Source of the DNA: Cyanidioschyzon merolae
Lineage: Eukaryota
Direction: 5' to 3' (one strand)
DNA length: 64,000 bases
NCBI GenBank assembly: GCA_000091205.1
Contig: AP006500.2
A program made the translations under genes and the position numbers. The notes under the pieces were generated by a model that was not told the origin of the DNA, made no database searches, and was given only the letters and a program-made list of their open reading frames with translations. This document shows, in pieces, positions 20,291 to 30,780 of this stretch. Within the stretch, counting starts at the first letter, position 1. Each line of letters starts with the position of its first letter.

Positions 20291-22792
20291 ATGGCTACGG
20301 AGCAGGATGTTGGTGCTGAATTGCTTGCGTCGTGCAGAGAAAACTGTCGTGCGCTGAAGATTGCTCTTTTACAAACTCTGGCGTCACGAGAGCGCGGAAC
20401 GCATAGCAAGAGTGCTGATCCCAAAACTGAGCTTGTTCAGGAGACGCTACGAAGCATCTTCGATATCTATCGACACAATACCAGTGCCGAAGCATCCTCG
20501 AACAGTACGCGGAATGCATGGGATGCATCTCCTGTTGACGACTCGCTTGTCTGCATCCTGTTCATAGCAGTGGGGCTCCTGGTTCGAACCGAGGGTCTGA
20601 TGCTTGACCAGCCATTCCATGCGATGTTCAGGTCCGTGACGCGAAAGATTCATAGCTTATGGTTTCAGGAGATCGGCAGTGCCGGGGATTCTGGTGTGGA
20701 TATTGAAGCACGAAGTCTTCCCGACACCAGTTGTTTAGTCTACGGCAGTGCACGTGTGGGGAGTCCGGTGTCAAGTAAGCCTTGTGAGGATCATCATGTG
20801 GTCGAGCGTCGCCCCCTTGCGGACAAGCAAACCCGTGCAACGTATGGCCGAGAGACACTGCTGGCAGCGCGCATCAGCAGTCTTGACTCAGCAGATGAGC
20901 CTCAACATGATCCTCGGTTTAGGAGACTGGACCTTGGCACCGCGAGGGATCACGGGGAGTCGAGCTTGCGACGCCGCGGGCGAACTGGAGCGCTGCTCGC
21001 GAGGCTGGGACACCATGGCGAGACGAGTATGCCCCAGTTTCTGACCAGGAAGCTTGTAGCAGATAGAGATGTACTTACCGGCAGCATAGTCGACGCGGAA
21101 CGCGCGGATGCGGCGGTAACTGGAGCACACGCGACATGCACGCCTTTGGAGAAGCGCGTGTCCGAGCCGCATGAACAGGATATACCAGAAGCGCCCGAGT
21201 CCGCAACGCTCCCTCGACAAGCACCAGCCAAACTGGACGGCTTGTTGCAGCCTTGCGATGCGGCATGCGATGAACCGCGCTTCCTGCCAATGAGGAGCAG
21301 CGCTCCACTCGTGGATGCTTGTTCTAATGATGCGTTCAGTTCAGCGCGTCCTCAGCGACTGGCATTCGCTAATCTGTTCCGTGAGGCAGTCGAGCTCCTC
21401 GCTGTCATGTACAAGCAACTCGTGCGCGACATGTATCCGATTTTAGCGACTGCGATGCTCGAGCGCCTGACGCGAAGCCTTCCGTTCGACCACCCCAAGT
21501 GTCGATGCATGCTGCTTCGACTCTTACTCCTGCACGTTGACTTGAATCTCACGGACGACAACCACGACGACAACGGGTTCGCTCTATCCGAGCTCGTCAG
21601 CGGAGCACGCCCATGCCCGCAAGCGAATGCCCGCATCACAGAAGCAGGGGCACCAACGACACCGCCGGGAGCGCAGCTCTTATCTCCGGAGTATGACACA
21701 TGCATCAGCAAACAGATGATGCACCACAGCCACTTCCTGAGCGAGCTGTGGTACTCCTTGGAAAAACATCGCACACGCCTATTGAAAAGCGGTCCACGGA
21801 TCTCCCGGAGCGCCCAGCGAATCGCCGCGAATGCACTCGCCACCCAGTCCGCCGTCTTGTTTGGCGTCGCAATGCCACTCGCACATGCCTATATGCACTG
21901 GCTCGCCAGGTACCTGGACAAGCACCCGTCAGCGGCATTGAGATCTCGTCAGCGATCACGCATCCTGCGTGCGCTGCTGCCTGCATGCATGCAAGTGACA
22001 CGTGTCGCCGTGCACTGCATGACCTCCAGTGCAGCGGCTACACGTGTCACTGCAGTTGGCGGGAGATCGCGAACAGCATCGCCCTCGCCGATCGCCGTGG
22101 ACATGCTTGCGAGCACGCTCCGTATGCTCATCGACTGGAGTCATGCGGAGCCCGGGGCCTCCAGCGATCTGTGTCGCGCTGGCATCTGTGATACGCTGCG
22201 CACGCTCTGGGGCCTCGACCTCTGTTCCATGATCAGTAGGGTCGAATCACCGGCTAGCAGTGTGCAGGCGCTGGGCTTGCCCTATGACTTGCGCATTCTA
22301 TCTCTTGCGCTGTTGGTGAACCTTGTAGAGCAGAGTTCCGAGGCTCGTCATATGCTGTTTGGTCAGTCGCAGTCTAGACCAGGGCTCGAAACGCTCCACG
22401 GGGCTCGAGTACCCGTTCTTACGTATCTGTGGCTGCTGGTGGCTGCATCTGGTACCGGGCTGGAGCACGCCGGCGCACCAGCGGAGGCTTCATTGCCTGA
22501 GGCGGCAACGTTACCTGAAAGCGCGATAACTGCTGCATACAGTGCGCTCGCAGTGGCCTGCGCCGTGGTCCAAGATAGCAACTTGACGGCGTTCGCAAGT
22601 CGTGAGATACCTGAGCTCTCTTTACCTGTTTTGACTAATATTCTGGACAAGTTCGTGCAGCTGATGGAAATAGTGGATGCGGCTGCGGGCTCGTCGACGG
22701 ATCCCGAAGCCGGTCTCCATGAAGCCCTGCTGCGTTTGCTGCAAAGATTGCGTTCGCTGGAGACGAGCGCTACCGACGTGGTGTCACCTTAG
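20291..22792 (+). CDS. hypothetical large protein (~830 aa), low-complexity, Leu-rich helical C-terminal half
   Basis: Continuous frame 20156-22792. The first ATG is at 20291 (MATEQDVGAELL). No recognisable enzymatic motif. Confidence 0.4.
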   Translation: MATEQDVGAELLASCRENCRALKIALLQTLASRERGTHSKSADPKTELVQETLRSIFDIYRHNTSAEASSNSTRNAWDASPVDDSLVCILFIAVGLLVRTEGLMLDQPFHAMFRSVTRKIHSLWFQEIGSAGDSGVDIEARSLPDTSCLVYGSARVGSPVSSKPCEDHHVVERRPLADKQTRATYGRETLLAARISSLDSADEPQHDPRFRRLDLGTARDHGESSLRRRGRTGALLARLGHHGETSMPQFLTRKLVADRDVLTGSIVDAERADAAVTGAHATCTPLEKRVSEPHEQDIPEAPESATLPRQAPAKLDGLLQPCDAACDEPRFLPMRSSAPLVDACSNDAFSSARPQRLAFANLFREAVELLAVMYKQLVRDMYPILATAMLERLTRSLPFDHPKCRCMLLRLLLLHVDLNLTDDNHDDNGFALSELVSGARPCPQANARITEAGAPTTPPGAQLLSPEYDTCISKQMMHHSHFLSELWYSLEKHRTRLLKSGPRISRSAQRIAANALATQSAVLFGVAMPLAHAYMHWLARYLDKHPSAALRSRQRSRILRALLPACMQVTRVAVHCMTSSAAATRVTAVGGRSRTASPSPIAVDMLASTLRMLIDWSHAEPGASSDLCRAGICDTLRTLWGLDLCSMISRVESPASSVQALGLPYDLRILSLALLVNLVEQSSEARHMLFGQSQSRPGLETLHGARVPVLTYLWLLVAASGTGLEHAGAPAEASLPEAATLPESAITAAYSALAVACAVVQDSNLTAFASREIPELSLPVLTNILDKFVQLMEIVDAAAGSSTDPEAGLHEALLRLLQRLRSLETSATDVVSP

Positions 22793-25294
22793 CGAGACCG
22801 GAACGATTGCGTTTGCTCAACACAGACTCGGCATCAGCTCGTTAAAAGTGCGACCATATTCATGTGTGTCACATGTTTCCGAACGACCAGATTTGCGATG
22901 CCTAGTCGCCTGCAGGTGTCCCGATGCCCCCAGTGAACGACACACGACTGATACTGAGGCGACAAGAAGCATGTGTTGCTGCGTCTGACATTCGCGTAGC
23001 GGTGGCTGCGGCTCAAGGCTTGTCCAGAAAGCGCTCGAGCGTCAAAGCGTCTGCAATTTTGGTGCAGGTTGATCGCGTGTAAACTCTGCACAGGCACGGA
23101 GTTGGTCAACGATAACGTGTTTCCGGACACAGTTCTCGGCGCTTTTTCGGTGCACGGTAACGGTGCGTTCTGCTTGTATGCGAGCTGCAACGCCCCGAGA
23201 AGCGTAGGGCGTAGCACTCAGTGTTTCTAGGATTGAAAATGGTACGGTTCTGGAAACACGTTGTACCTGCCGGTGGGCTTGTAAACGGAGTGCGATGGCC
23301 TGATTGGTAGCCCTGCACCAGAGCATACGCTGTGTGTCGGTTGTTGGCACGGGCCGAAGCCGAACCCAGCACCTGCACTTTTATCGTCGTTACCGTCGCT
23401 CATGCATCACTGGAGATCAGATGGCTATGATGCGTGTAAGCACAGCAATGCCGCTTTTCGACAAGTCGTTCTCTGCGCTCACCAGTCCTGGACTGCTGTG
23501 TAGCATCTCTGCTCATACGTAGGCTGGAGCGTAAAATCCGCGCGCTAGTCCATAGGCGTGCTCGTGACGGTAGTAACGAAAATGAACCTATGGCATACCA
23601 GGTACATAGAAAGAAAAGGCGGGTTTCGGTTCCAAAGCCAAGGAGAAGGCGAAGAATCCCGAAGGCGACGATTAGCAGACGGATCTTCTCGAAAAGAAAC
23701 CCCCGAGAGGCATGAAGGAAAAACTGTCGGGGCGGATGGATCAGTCTAAGACCGCTGCCATGGCATTCTTCATGGGAACATATCAAAGGATAGACCCTTT
23801 TAAAAAGTGAGGCACAGGGCGTTATCACGGATCATGTTGCTCCAAATTTGAACGAGACACGTCTGGCTTTTCTCGCCTTGAAGAACCTCGTTAAACAACT
23901 GCCTGTAGGAGTTGCGGACACAGGGTTCCCAGCTGTCGTCATTCATCGGGAAGCCCTGGGTCAAAACTCGATGGGACTAGTGCTTTACAGGACAGGAGCT
24001 GCAACACGGCCTGATCGTGGGTCCCAGGTTTTGCACACACGCTTCGCAGCATACCTCGACGCATCGCTATGCCATATCGGTCATCGGGACACCTAGAGCG
24101 CATGTGCCAAAGGGCATCGACATAAGCTCCCGGAGCGTATGGGTGTCGATGTCCAGCGTCTCATGAAGCGCACCCTGTGGGCGTCGTCGAAGTCTCTCCC
24201 TAATGGACCAGAAAACCGGGACTCAAGGAACCGATTCTACGCTTCGTGGAGTTTACAAGCGTCCAAGTGGCTCATGCGGACGATCTGTGACTAGGCTGCA
24301 TGAGACTGCACTAGGCCCGCGAACGATTTCATTTACACGAAAGCAATGAGCGTGTACACACCGAGCTATTGAATGAGGTGGCAAATGGAATGACCGCCAA
24401 GTCGCCTTATTTTGTGGCCGCCCATCGCGCTCGACGTATGGCAGCGAGCATGGGCTACACGCCCGCTTTTTGGCGATTGCGTACAATGAGTCCAGGAAAC
24501 GATTCTGCGCGATTTCCGAGGACACCTTCAGGACGGCATAGAGGCATCACGAGCACGGGTGCTTGCTGAAACTGCCAACGGAGAAGCGCGTAGAACAGAG
24601 ACGGATGCACGGGATAGTGTGCGGTACGCTGAGCGAATGCCAAATGGCGAGGCAACCGGAGATGAGCGGCGTCGCCTGGGTCGGATTCCACCGGTAACCC
24701 TGCGGGCAGGCAGTCTCTGCATCGAGACTTGAGCGTCACCGTCAACATTCGACAATGTCTCGCGTATCCGGAGCGTCCAGCGGATTTGTGTAGAGCGACC
24801 TTTCAAAGGAGTCGTTTCGTATTCAGCACGGGTATTTCGCTGAACCGCTGAAGACTCTGGATGAAAAAATACATGCAGTCAGGGTAGAACGCGTAGTCCA
24901 TGCTCGACTGGATCAACGCATTGGTATGGTGTGGTTCAGGGATCGGGCAAGGTCGGAACACCAGACGTGCAATCAACGGAAATGCTTTTCCTGTTCATTG
25001 ATAAACGATTTCAATGTTGCATTTTCCGATCATATACCGGACACCTGTCAACCGACACCCAGGCTCTGGGATACAGCGATTTCGCCATCGCGACGGGGAA
25101 GCGTGCTTCGGCTCGCTTCTCAAGCGCCGTACGCTGGACCCAGACTTGGATTCGAGTCTGAGAATCCGTCCCCGAAGTGAACAAGCGCCCTGGTTCCATT
25201 TCAAGCTAGCGTATGGGTAAAAATTCGCGTTTTACATCGATGCGGCCCGTCACACCCATTCACATACGAGTCGGCGTGAACGCGGCGATCCGAG

Positions 25295-27844
25295 TCAAAC
25301 GGATGCTTGGTTATCTGTCTCGTCCCAGAGCGGTACACGCAACACCGGCTCTATCAAAACAACCCAGGGCTGTAGCCCCGACTGCTCTTTGATGATATCG
25401 CTGGCAGGCCGCTCCGCTCGCAGATCATCACCCCAGGATGCAACCAGCAGCACATCGATCCACACAAAAGGCATGGTGAGCACATATCGAAGCGACTGGG
25501 AGAACGCCTCCACTCGCTCTGGTTCAGCCGTTGACCAGCTCATGTTCGTCCCAGTGCAGAGCGTTGTCAGATCCTCGTCAAGTACCCAAGCCGAAATCAC
25601 CGTCGGCGCAGAAGCGATTATTTTCCGATTTTCGAAACGCAGGTCGTCATTTAGAAACGGCTGATTTTCCACCGCTTCTTTCGATCCACTCGGGCACTGG
25701 AATGGCAGATCTGTCAAAAGCAGCTGCAGCATGTGCCGCGAGTCAGCGTCAACGATCCAGTGCACGTCGCAGACGCAGGCGTACACGCGGTAGAGCCGAT
25801 GCATTGGAGTGTCGGCGCGCGCGCACGCATTACCCGCTGCACGCATCGAGCGCAGTGCACGCATGTCATCCAACATATGCGCAAGCGACTGAGGGCGTAG
25901 CGCTTGCCAGGGTATGCTCATCGTTGAACTTGTCTGTAGCAGCGGTGGACCACTACAATGCAGGCAGCTGGGGTGCTGTACAGGACCCCGTTTGACAATT
26001 CCTGTCTCTGCGGACTCGATATTAGTCGTTGTATGGGAGGTGGTGGTGTAGGCAACGCGTTCGCGATTCAGTTCGGTGCACGGGGCGCTGAGTATGGGAT
26101 AGGCAGCAGCGCTCATTTGTTCCGGTGTATTTCGGGTGCCAAGCGCACGCTGGTGAGCAACGGGCGCTGCTTCGTATGCGCTTTGCGAATCGGTCCGACA
26201 CGTGGGATCAGTCAATGCTGCTCCCAAGTGCTGCATGCGACTTTGCACCTCGGGCATCCATTGCGGGAACTTGTAAATCGATGAACCCTCATTCATGGTC
26301 AGGCGCAAAGGCAGACCCGGGCGTCGATCGAGGCGTACATCGCGAAGCCGGAACCAGTTACCGCGAAGGTGCGGCTCCAGTCGATGTGTGAGCCGCGTCC
26401 AGCACTCTGCGGCAATGGAGACCGTCACCAAATCGGAGATGCTTCCGTCGGTGACTTTGAGCAGGAATTCGTACGGGGTTTTCTCCAAGTCCCGAATGAG
26501 CACCACCAGATCGTATCGTAGCCGTTGCATGGCGCTGCCGTTTGCTGAGTCGACCACAAGCGAACTTTGCAGAATGTCTCGCAGGGTGGCGGAGAACGCC
26601 TTCGAGCCGAGAAAGCCGCTTTGCGACAGGAGTGCACGCGCCCAACGTAGCAACTCCATGGCGTAACATTTTTCACTATTGGTGATCACGATCGATTTCG
26701 TGTTTGACGGGTAAGCATATATGAGCGGATCGGGTAAATGATTCATTTCTTCGAGATGAGTGGCGGTCGCGGCTCGCAGACCGGACAAGTCTCCGGAAGC
26801 GGAAGCCGACGAGCGTCCCAAACCAGCTCCCTCATCATGCTGAGCAAGTGCAGGCCAGAGGCACATAGAAGAGAGCGAATTTGTCTTCAGCTCCAACGTC
26901 TCCGTCTTCGAACCACTCGGACTCTGTTGGGGAAACCACCGCAGCTCGGCGCGATGTACCCGGACGACGTCTCCTACCCCGATGTACGGAACGCAATCGC
27001 TAAGACGGCTACTGAACGAGGTAAGCATGAATTGGGGAGGTGCGAAGCTCACCAGCCGCCCATCAGAGTCTGTTACGACGATGCTTGGATCGATGATCTG
27101 CAGCTCAGTGAGCAGTTCTCCGGTACGTACCAGGCGAGGCGCCCGGACGTCGACGATCACCCCGTAAACGTCATACGTGCGACCGGACATCTGGCCGGGG
27201 TGTCGCAACTGCTCAAGCGTTAAGTAGTGATGTTTTGAGTCCAGGGGCACTACAGGCCTCGGAACTGGTTCGCAACTTTCGTGCTGTGCGACGGGGCGTC
27301 CACTGGTGTCCGTCCCTGCACCATGCTCTGTGACGACCAGAGTTTGCCCTATAGACTCCGGAGACAGCTTCATGATACGTGCGTTTGCAAGTTGGGATAG
27401 ATCGTTGCACTTGCCGGCGTCTTTGAATATGGTGAGCGCGGGTTTGCAGGCTGTTGCGTCTGCGGCACCAGCACAGCAGGCCTCTCGCTGGTCAGGACCC
27501 AGTACCACCGCGTACTCGTGTAGTTCCAGACACGAGTCCAACAGTCCATGGTCCCTGGCCTCACAAATGTCGCCCAGCGGTACGACCTGTGCGTTCTGAA
27601 CCTCCACAACGTCCCAGTGTGCTAGGGCGGTGCCCGCGGCCGTCCAGTCGCCGGTGCAAACAAGCACAACCACGGTCTGCTGTGGAGCAGGAACACTCGG
27701 CCAGGGCTCAAGTAAAGCAAGGATCGCTCTACCTGAACGATTTTCAACTAATGTTCGAAGGACTCGCCCTCGTAGACGAAATGGATGCTCAGCGTTGCAG
27801 GTGTAGGGCTTGAGGCTCCGAAACTGCACGAGACGCAGTTCCAT
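25295..27844 (-). CDS. hypothetical protein (~850 aa). Possible OB-fold-like segments; function unknown.
   Basis: Long uninterrupted minus-strand frame 25295-27979. The track start at 27979 overlaps the 3' end of the Fanzor-like frame, so the downstream ATG at ~27844 (MELRLVQF) is preferred. Segments such as TYDVYGVIVDVRAP..TGELLTELQIIDPS resemble ssDNA-binding OB folds, but only weakly. Confidence 0.4.
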   Translation of the reverse strand: MELRLVQFRSLKPYTCNAEHPFRLRGRVLRTLVENRSGRAILALLEPWPSVPAPQQTVVVLVCTGDWTAAGTALAHWDVVEVQNAQVVPLGDICEARDHGLLDSCLELHEYAVVLGPDQREACCAGAADATACKPALTIFKDAGKCNDLSQLANARIMKLSPESIGQTLVVTEHGAGTDTSGRPVAQHESCEPVPRPVVPLDSKHHYLTLEQLRHPGQMSGRTYDVYGVIVDVRAPRLVRTGELLTELQIIDPSIVVTDSDGRLVSFAPPQFMLTSFSSRLSDCVPYIGVGDVVRVHRAELRWFPQQSPSGSKTETLELKTNSLSSMCLWPALAQHDEGAGLGRSSASASGDLSGLRAATATHLEEMNHLPDPLIYAYPSNTKSIVITNSEKCYAMELLRWARALLSQSGFLGSKAFSATLRDILQSSLVVDSANGSAMQRLRYDLVVLIRDLEKTPYEFLLKVTDGSISDLVTVSIAAECWTRLTHRLEPHLRGNWFRLRDVRLDRRPGLPLRLTMNEGSSIYKFPQWMPEVQSRMQHLGAALTDPTCRTDSQSAYEAAPVAHQRALGTRNTPEQMSAAAYPILSAPCTELNRERVAYTTTSHTTTNIESAETGIVKRGPVQHPSCLHCSGPPLLQTSSTMSIPWQALRPQSLAHMLDDMRALRSMRAAGNACARADTPMHRLYRVYACVCDVHWIVDADSRHMLQLLLTDLPFQCPSGSKEAVENQPFLNDDLRFENRKIIASAPTVISAWVLDEDLTTLCTGTNMSWSTAEPERVEAFSQSLRYVLTMPFVWIDVLLVASWGDDLRAERPASDIIKEQSGLQPWVVLIEPVLRVPLWDETDNQASV

Positions 27845-27920
27845 AGATTCCGTCGCACCAACAACGCCGTTCGAAAGTCGAACGACGCCAACGGTGTACA
27901 GTAGTGGCGGGAAAACCGTC

Positions 27921-30423
27921 TTAGAGAAGATGTCTCCAACTGACGTGCAGACACCTCCCCGCCTTTTTGGACCGGCCACCCACTACTGCTTCCAACTTTT
28001 TCTCATCTAGTTCGACTTTGATAGGTTGTCCAATAAAGTTCTCTCTTGTCAGCTCTGGAGGTCTCGTCTCCAGGACCGCACATCTCCGTACATTGATAGC
28101 GGCATTAAAGTCTCGGTTCACAAACTCCATACGTTTCTTCCCGTTGCGAGTTGTACTCACTATTGCGAGTAGCCCTCGAACTTTCGCCCTCCTTTCCATT
28201 TGCTCCTCCGTCAGCGGTCCGTACTTTGCTATTTCCTCAGGGCTCCTCTGGCACTTTTCTATCTCCACGCTCTGAAGTGTACAACCCAGTTCGTGGTATA
28301 TATACGATGTTCGGAACTCATCTACAGGTATCGTAACAAAACGCCTTGCGCACTGTTTGTGCACCCTCGTCGTTGGAGCTGGAGTAGTGCCTTTCTTGGG
28401 CGCCCAGCGCCCTGCCCCATACGCTACTACGAGCCTTTGACTTTCATCCTCCTTCAAGGCGCTCAACTGATTGAAAAAGTTGGCAAACGCCCGCTGCTTC
28501 CCACCGTATAGATTCATTCGCAAACGAGCCCACCGGGGCTTCGTATACTCCTCCCACAGCGCATCCCAATGCGCCATGCGAACTTCCATGAATTTCCGAA
28601 AAGCTTCAAATTTCGCGCTTCGGCTAGTCACCTTGCTCAAAGCTTCCAGGTGATCCTTCATCCCTGAATTCCAAGTCTCGATTTTCTTCCTTGCATTCAT
28701 GATTCCCGATTCTCGATAGTATCTCGCTCTCGAGAACGTCAAGAGACGCATGTCTTTCTGACGTAAGTTGCCGTCAGTACAATCTTCCGCCCGCTTCGGT
28801 GCTGCGATGGTGATGATATTTGAGTTTCCGGTGTCCGCGCCAACGACAAAGTCGTTATCTTGCACTTTCTGCTTCTCAGAACCGGGCTTCTTGTTTTCTT
28901 CATGGTTCGTCGCGTCAACGACAAAGTCGTTATCCTGCACCTCCTGCACCAGAGGATCCGCTTCCTTCCCATCTTCATCCTTCGTCACGTCAACGACAAG
29001 GTCGTTATCCTCCACCTCCTGCATCGCAGGTTCTGCCTCCTTCTCATCTTCATCGTTCGTCACGTCAACGACAAAGTCGTTCTCTTGCACCTCCTGTGTC
29101 GCAGGATCCGCCTCCTTCTCATATTCATCCTTCGCCACGTCAACGACAAACTCGTTATCCTCCACCTCCTGCATCACAGGATCCTCCTCTTTGTTTTCTC
29201 CATCCTTCGCGACGAGCGCAGCCGAGGGCGGAACTGGCCGACCTTCCTTCAACCGCCGATAGTGTACACACAAGGGTACTCCATCGGTTTCGATCAACCC
29301 AGTAAATACCTTTTTTTGCTGACTTTTAGACGTTTGAAATCGAAGATACTCTTCCAGTACGTCTCCCGGTGTTCGCCGGAGAACTCCTCCCTGCTAACAT
29401 CGAACTCCGGACAGATCTCCCTCATGATGCCGTAAAGGACGCCGGAGTCGATAGTTACAAAATGTGACTTGACTTTCCACATTGGAACCACGTTGAAGCG
29501 CTTCCCCATTAGGAAATTCTTCCGTCTCTCCCACTGTTCATTTGTCTCTTCACTCAGCTTCACCTCCGCTTTGCGTGCGAGCTCTCGGTCCAAAAACACG
29601 AAATAGCGCAGGATGAGGCGGTAGTATCTTTCCTTATCTTTTTTCAACGGTGATATCTTGTCTGTTGGATTCACCAACCCAGTGCCGCACGGTGCTCTTG
29701 TATAGCCGCACGGATCACAGAAGCTTCATTCGTGCTCCTGCGTGATGTCTTCATATCGACAAATTCGATCTCATCTTCATACTTTCGATCGTTCGTGATG
29801 CCGTTGATCATCGCCCATATTCCTTTGCGAGAGATGCCCGGGTAGAGTGCAAACACGGCGCGTTTCATGAAACGTTCGAGGTTCTCTGTCAAATGCTTCT
29901 TCAGGTTCGTAATGTACTTCATTACCCCGTATGTGTAAATATTTCCGTCACCCTTGTATCGGGTACGCTCGAAGCGGTATTCGGCGTAGTTTTCGTGGAG
30001 AGCGTGCACTAGCACATTTTCCTTCCGCGCTTCCCCTGTACCAAGCATCAGGTGACGAATAAAGGTCTTGTGGAAAAACTCGTCTGGAATCTCGACCGTT
30101 TCCATGTGCGTCACGTCGCGATACATCTCCCTCGCCAAATGCATCAGCCCTGAAGACGCCTTGACAATACTCTTGGAGTGCGAGTCGACACGTTTTTCGA
30201 TAGCGTCTCGCAACTTTTCCCTGTAGGGATCCTTGATATGTCCAAGAAGGAAGGCTTTCACCACCATCTCGTCGTACAGTCGTCTTTCTTGCCGCCTTCG
30301 ACGTAGGGCGTCCACCTTTCGATTCTCCTTCACTTCCTTTTCTTCTGGACTCGGCACTGTATTTGTTTTTTTTCTGGCAGCCGGCGACACTGGGCCTCCA
30401 GGATCGTGGACTTGCTTTTTCAT
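27921..30423 (-). pseudogene. TnpB/Fanzor-like RNA-guided RuvC endonuclease homolog (OrfB_IS605 family). The frame of about 835 codons is split into three ORF-track segments (30423-29671, 29677-29294, 29297-27921) by two +1 frame changes.
   Basis: Middle segment: RuvC-I-like ..[16 protein letters not shown].. (Asp codon ~29436-29438). 3' segment: TnpB-type ..RRFVTIPVDEFRTSYIYHELGC.. (the 'VDP.YTSQ.C' block) and RuvC-III ..EFVNRDFNAAINVRR.. (Asp codon ~28110-28112). The CxxC zinc ribbon is mostly missing, and the canonical RuvC-II Glu position reads ..RLVVAYGAGRW.. (substituted). The middle and 3' segments begin with TTG in the ORF track, and their frames stay open upstream and overlap. One junction coincides with the A7/T7 run at 29311-29317. 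Confidence 0.7.
28847..29192 (-). repeat. five tandem 75-bp repeats encoding an acidic 25-aa unit (consensus ~QEVxDNDFVVDVTxDEDxKEADPxx) inside the Fanzor-like frame
   Basis: The period is visible directly in the DNA (gtcaacgacaaagtcgttatcctgcacctcctgc... recurring every 75 nt) and in the translation (PVMQEVEDNEFVVDVAKDEYEKEADPATQEVQENDFVVDVTNDEDEKEAEPAMQEVEDNDLVVDVTKDEDGKEADPLVQEVQDNDFVVDATN...). It sits between the RuvC-I and RuvC-II regions. Confidence 0.85.
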
Positions 30424-30780
30424 AGCTTTCCTTTTTTAGTTTTTTTGAGAAAGAACGCTCTTTGAACCCTTCTGTTATATACTGCGAAAAATTAATCGAA
30501 TATTTTTACTTGAGGTTTGAAGCACAATCGAACTGAAAGACTGTACGTTGCTATGACCTGAACGAAAATACAACGTTTACAATAGATCTACATGCTAGAG
30601 ATCAGGATCACGTTCCCCTTCAAAAACGGCATGTGCGTCGTGTCTCATGCCTGCCTGATCTCCGAGGTGCGCTCACTGAGCGCGATGCAAACTAGTCACA
30701 AACTATTTATCAAAGAACAACTATCTTTAAGCCCAACACACCACGCCCGCATAAGAGGTCTAGTTTTTCCGGAGAAGCTC
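30424..30780. promoter_or_regulatory. AT-rich (~35-40% GC) spacer directly upstream of the Fanzor-like frame start; putative promoter or element end
   Basis: Sharp drop in GC (tttttttagtttttttgagaaagaacgc...ttatatactgcgaaaaattaatcgaatatttttacttg) compared with ~60% in the flanks. It lies between divergently oriented mobile-element reading frames. Confidence 0.3.

Noticed and set aside
20575-20600. ggttcgaacc palindrome resembling a tRNA T-arm
   Set aside because: It lies inside the 878-aa ORF, and no flanking stems complete a tRNA.
28768-29435. Plus-strand ORFs (164, 161 and 191 aa) with Ser/Thr/Cys or Leu/His-rich repetitive translations
   Set aside because: They are the antisense readout of the 75-bp coding tandem repeats of the Fanzor-like frame. 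Repeats open frames on both strands; there is no independent support.
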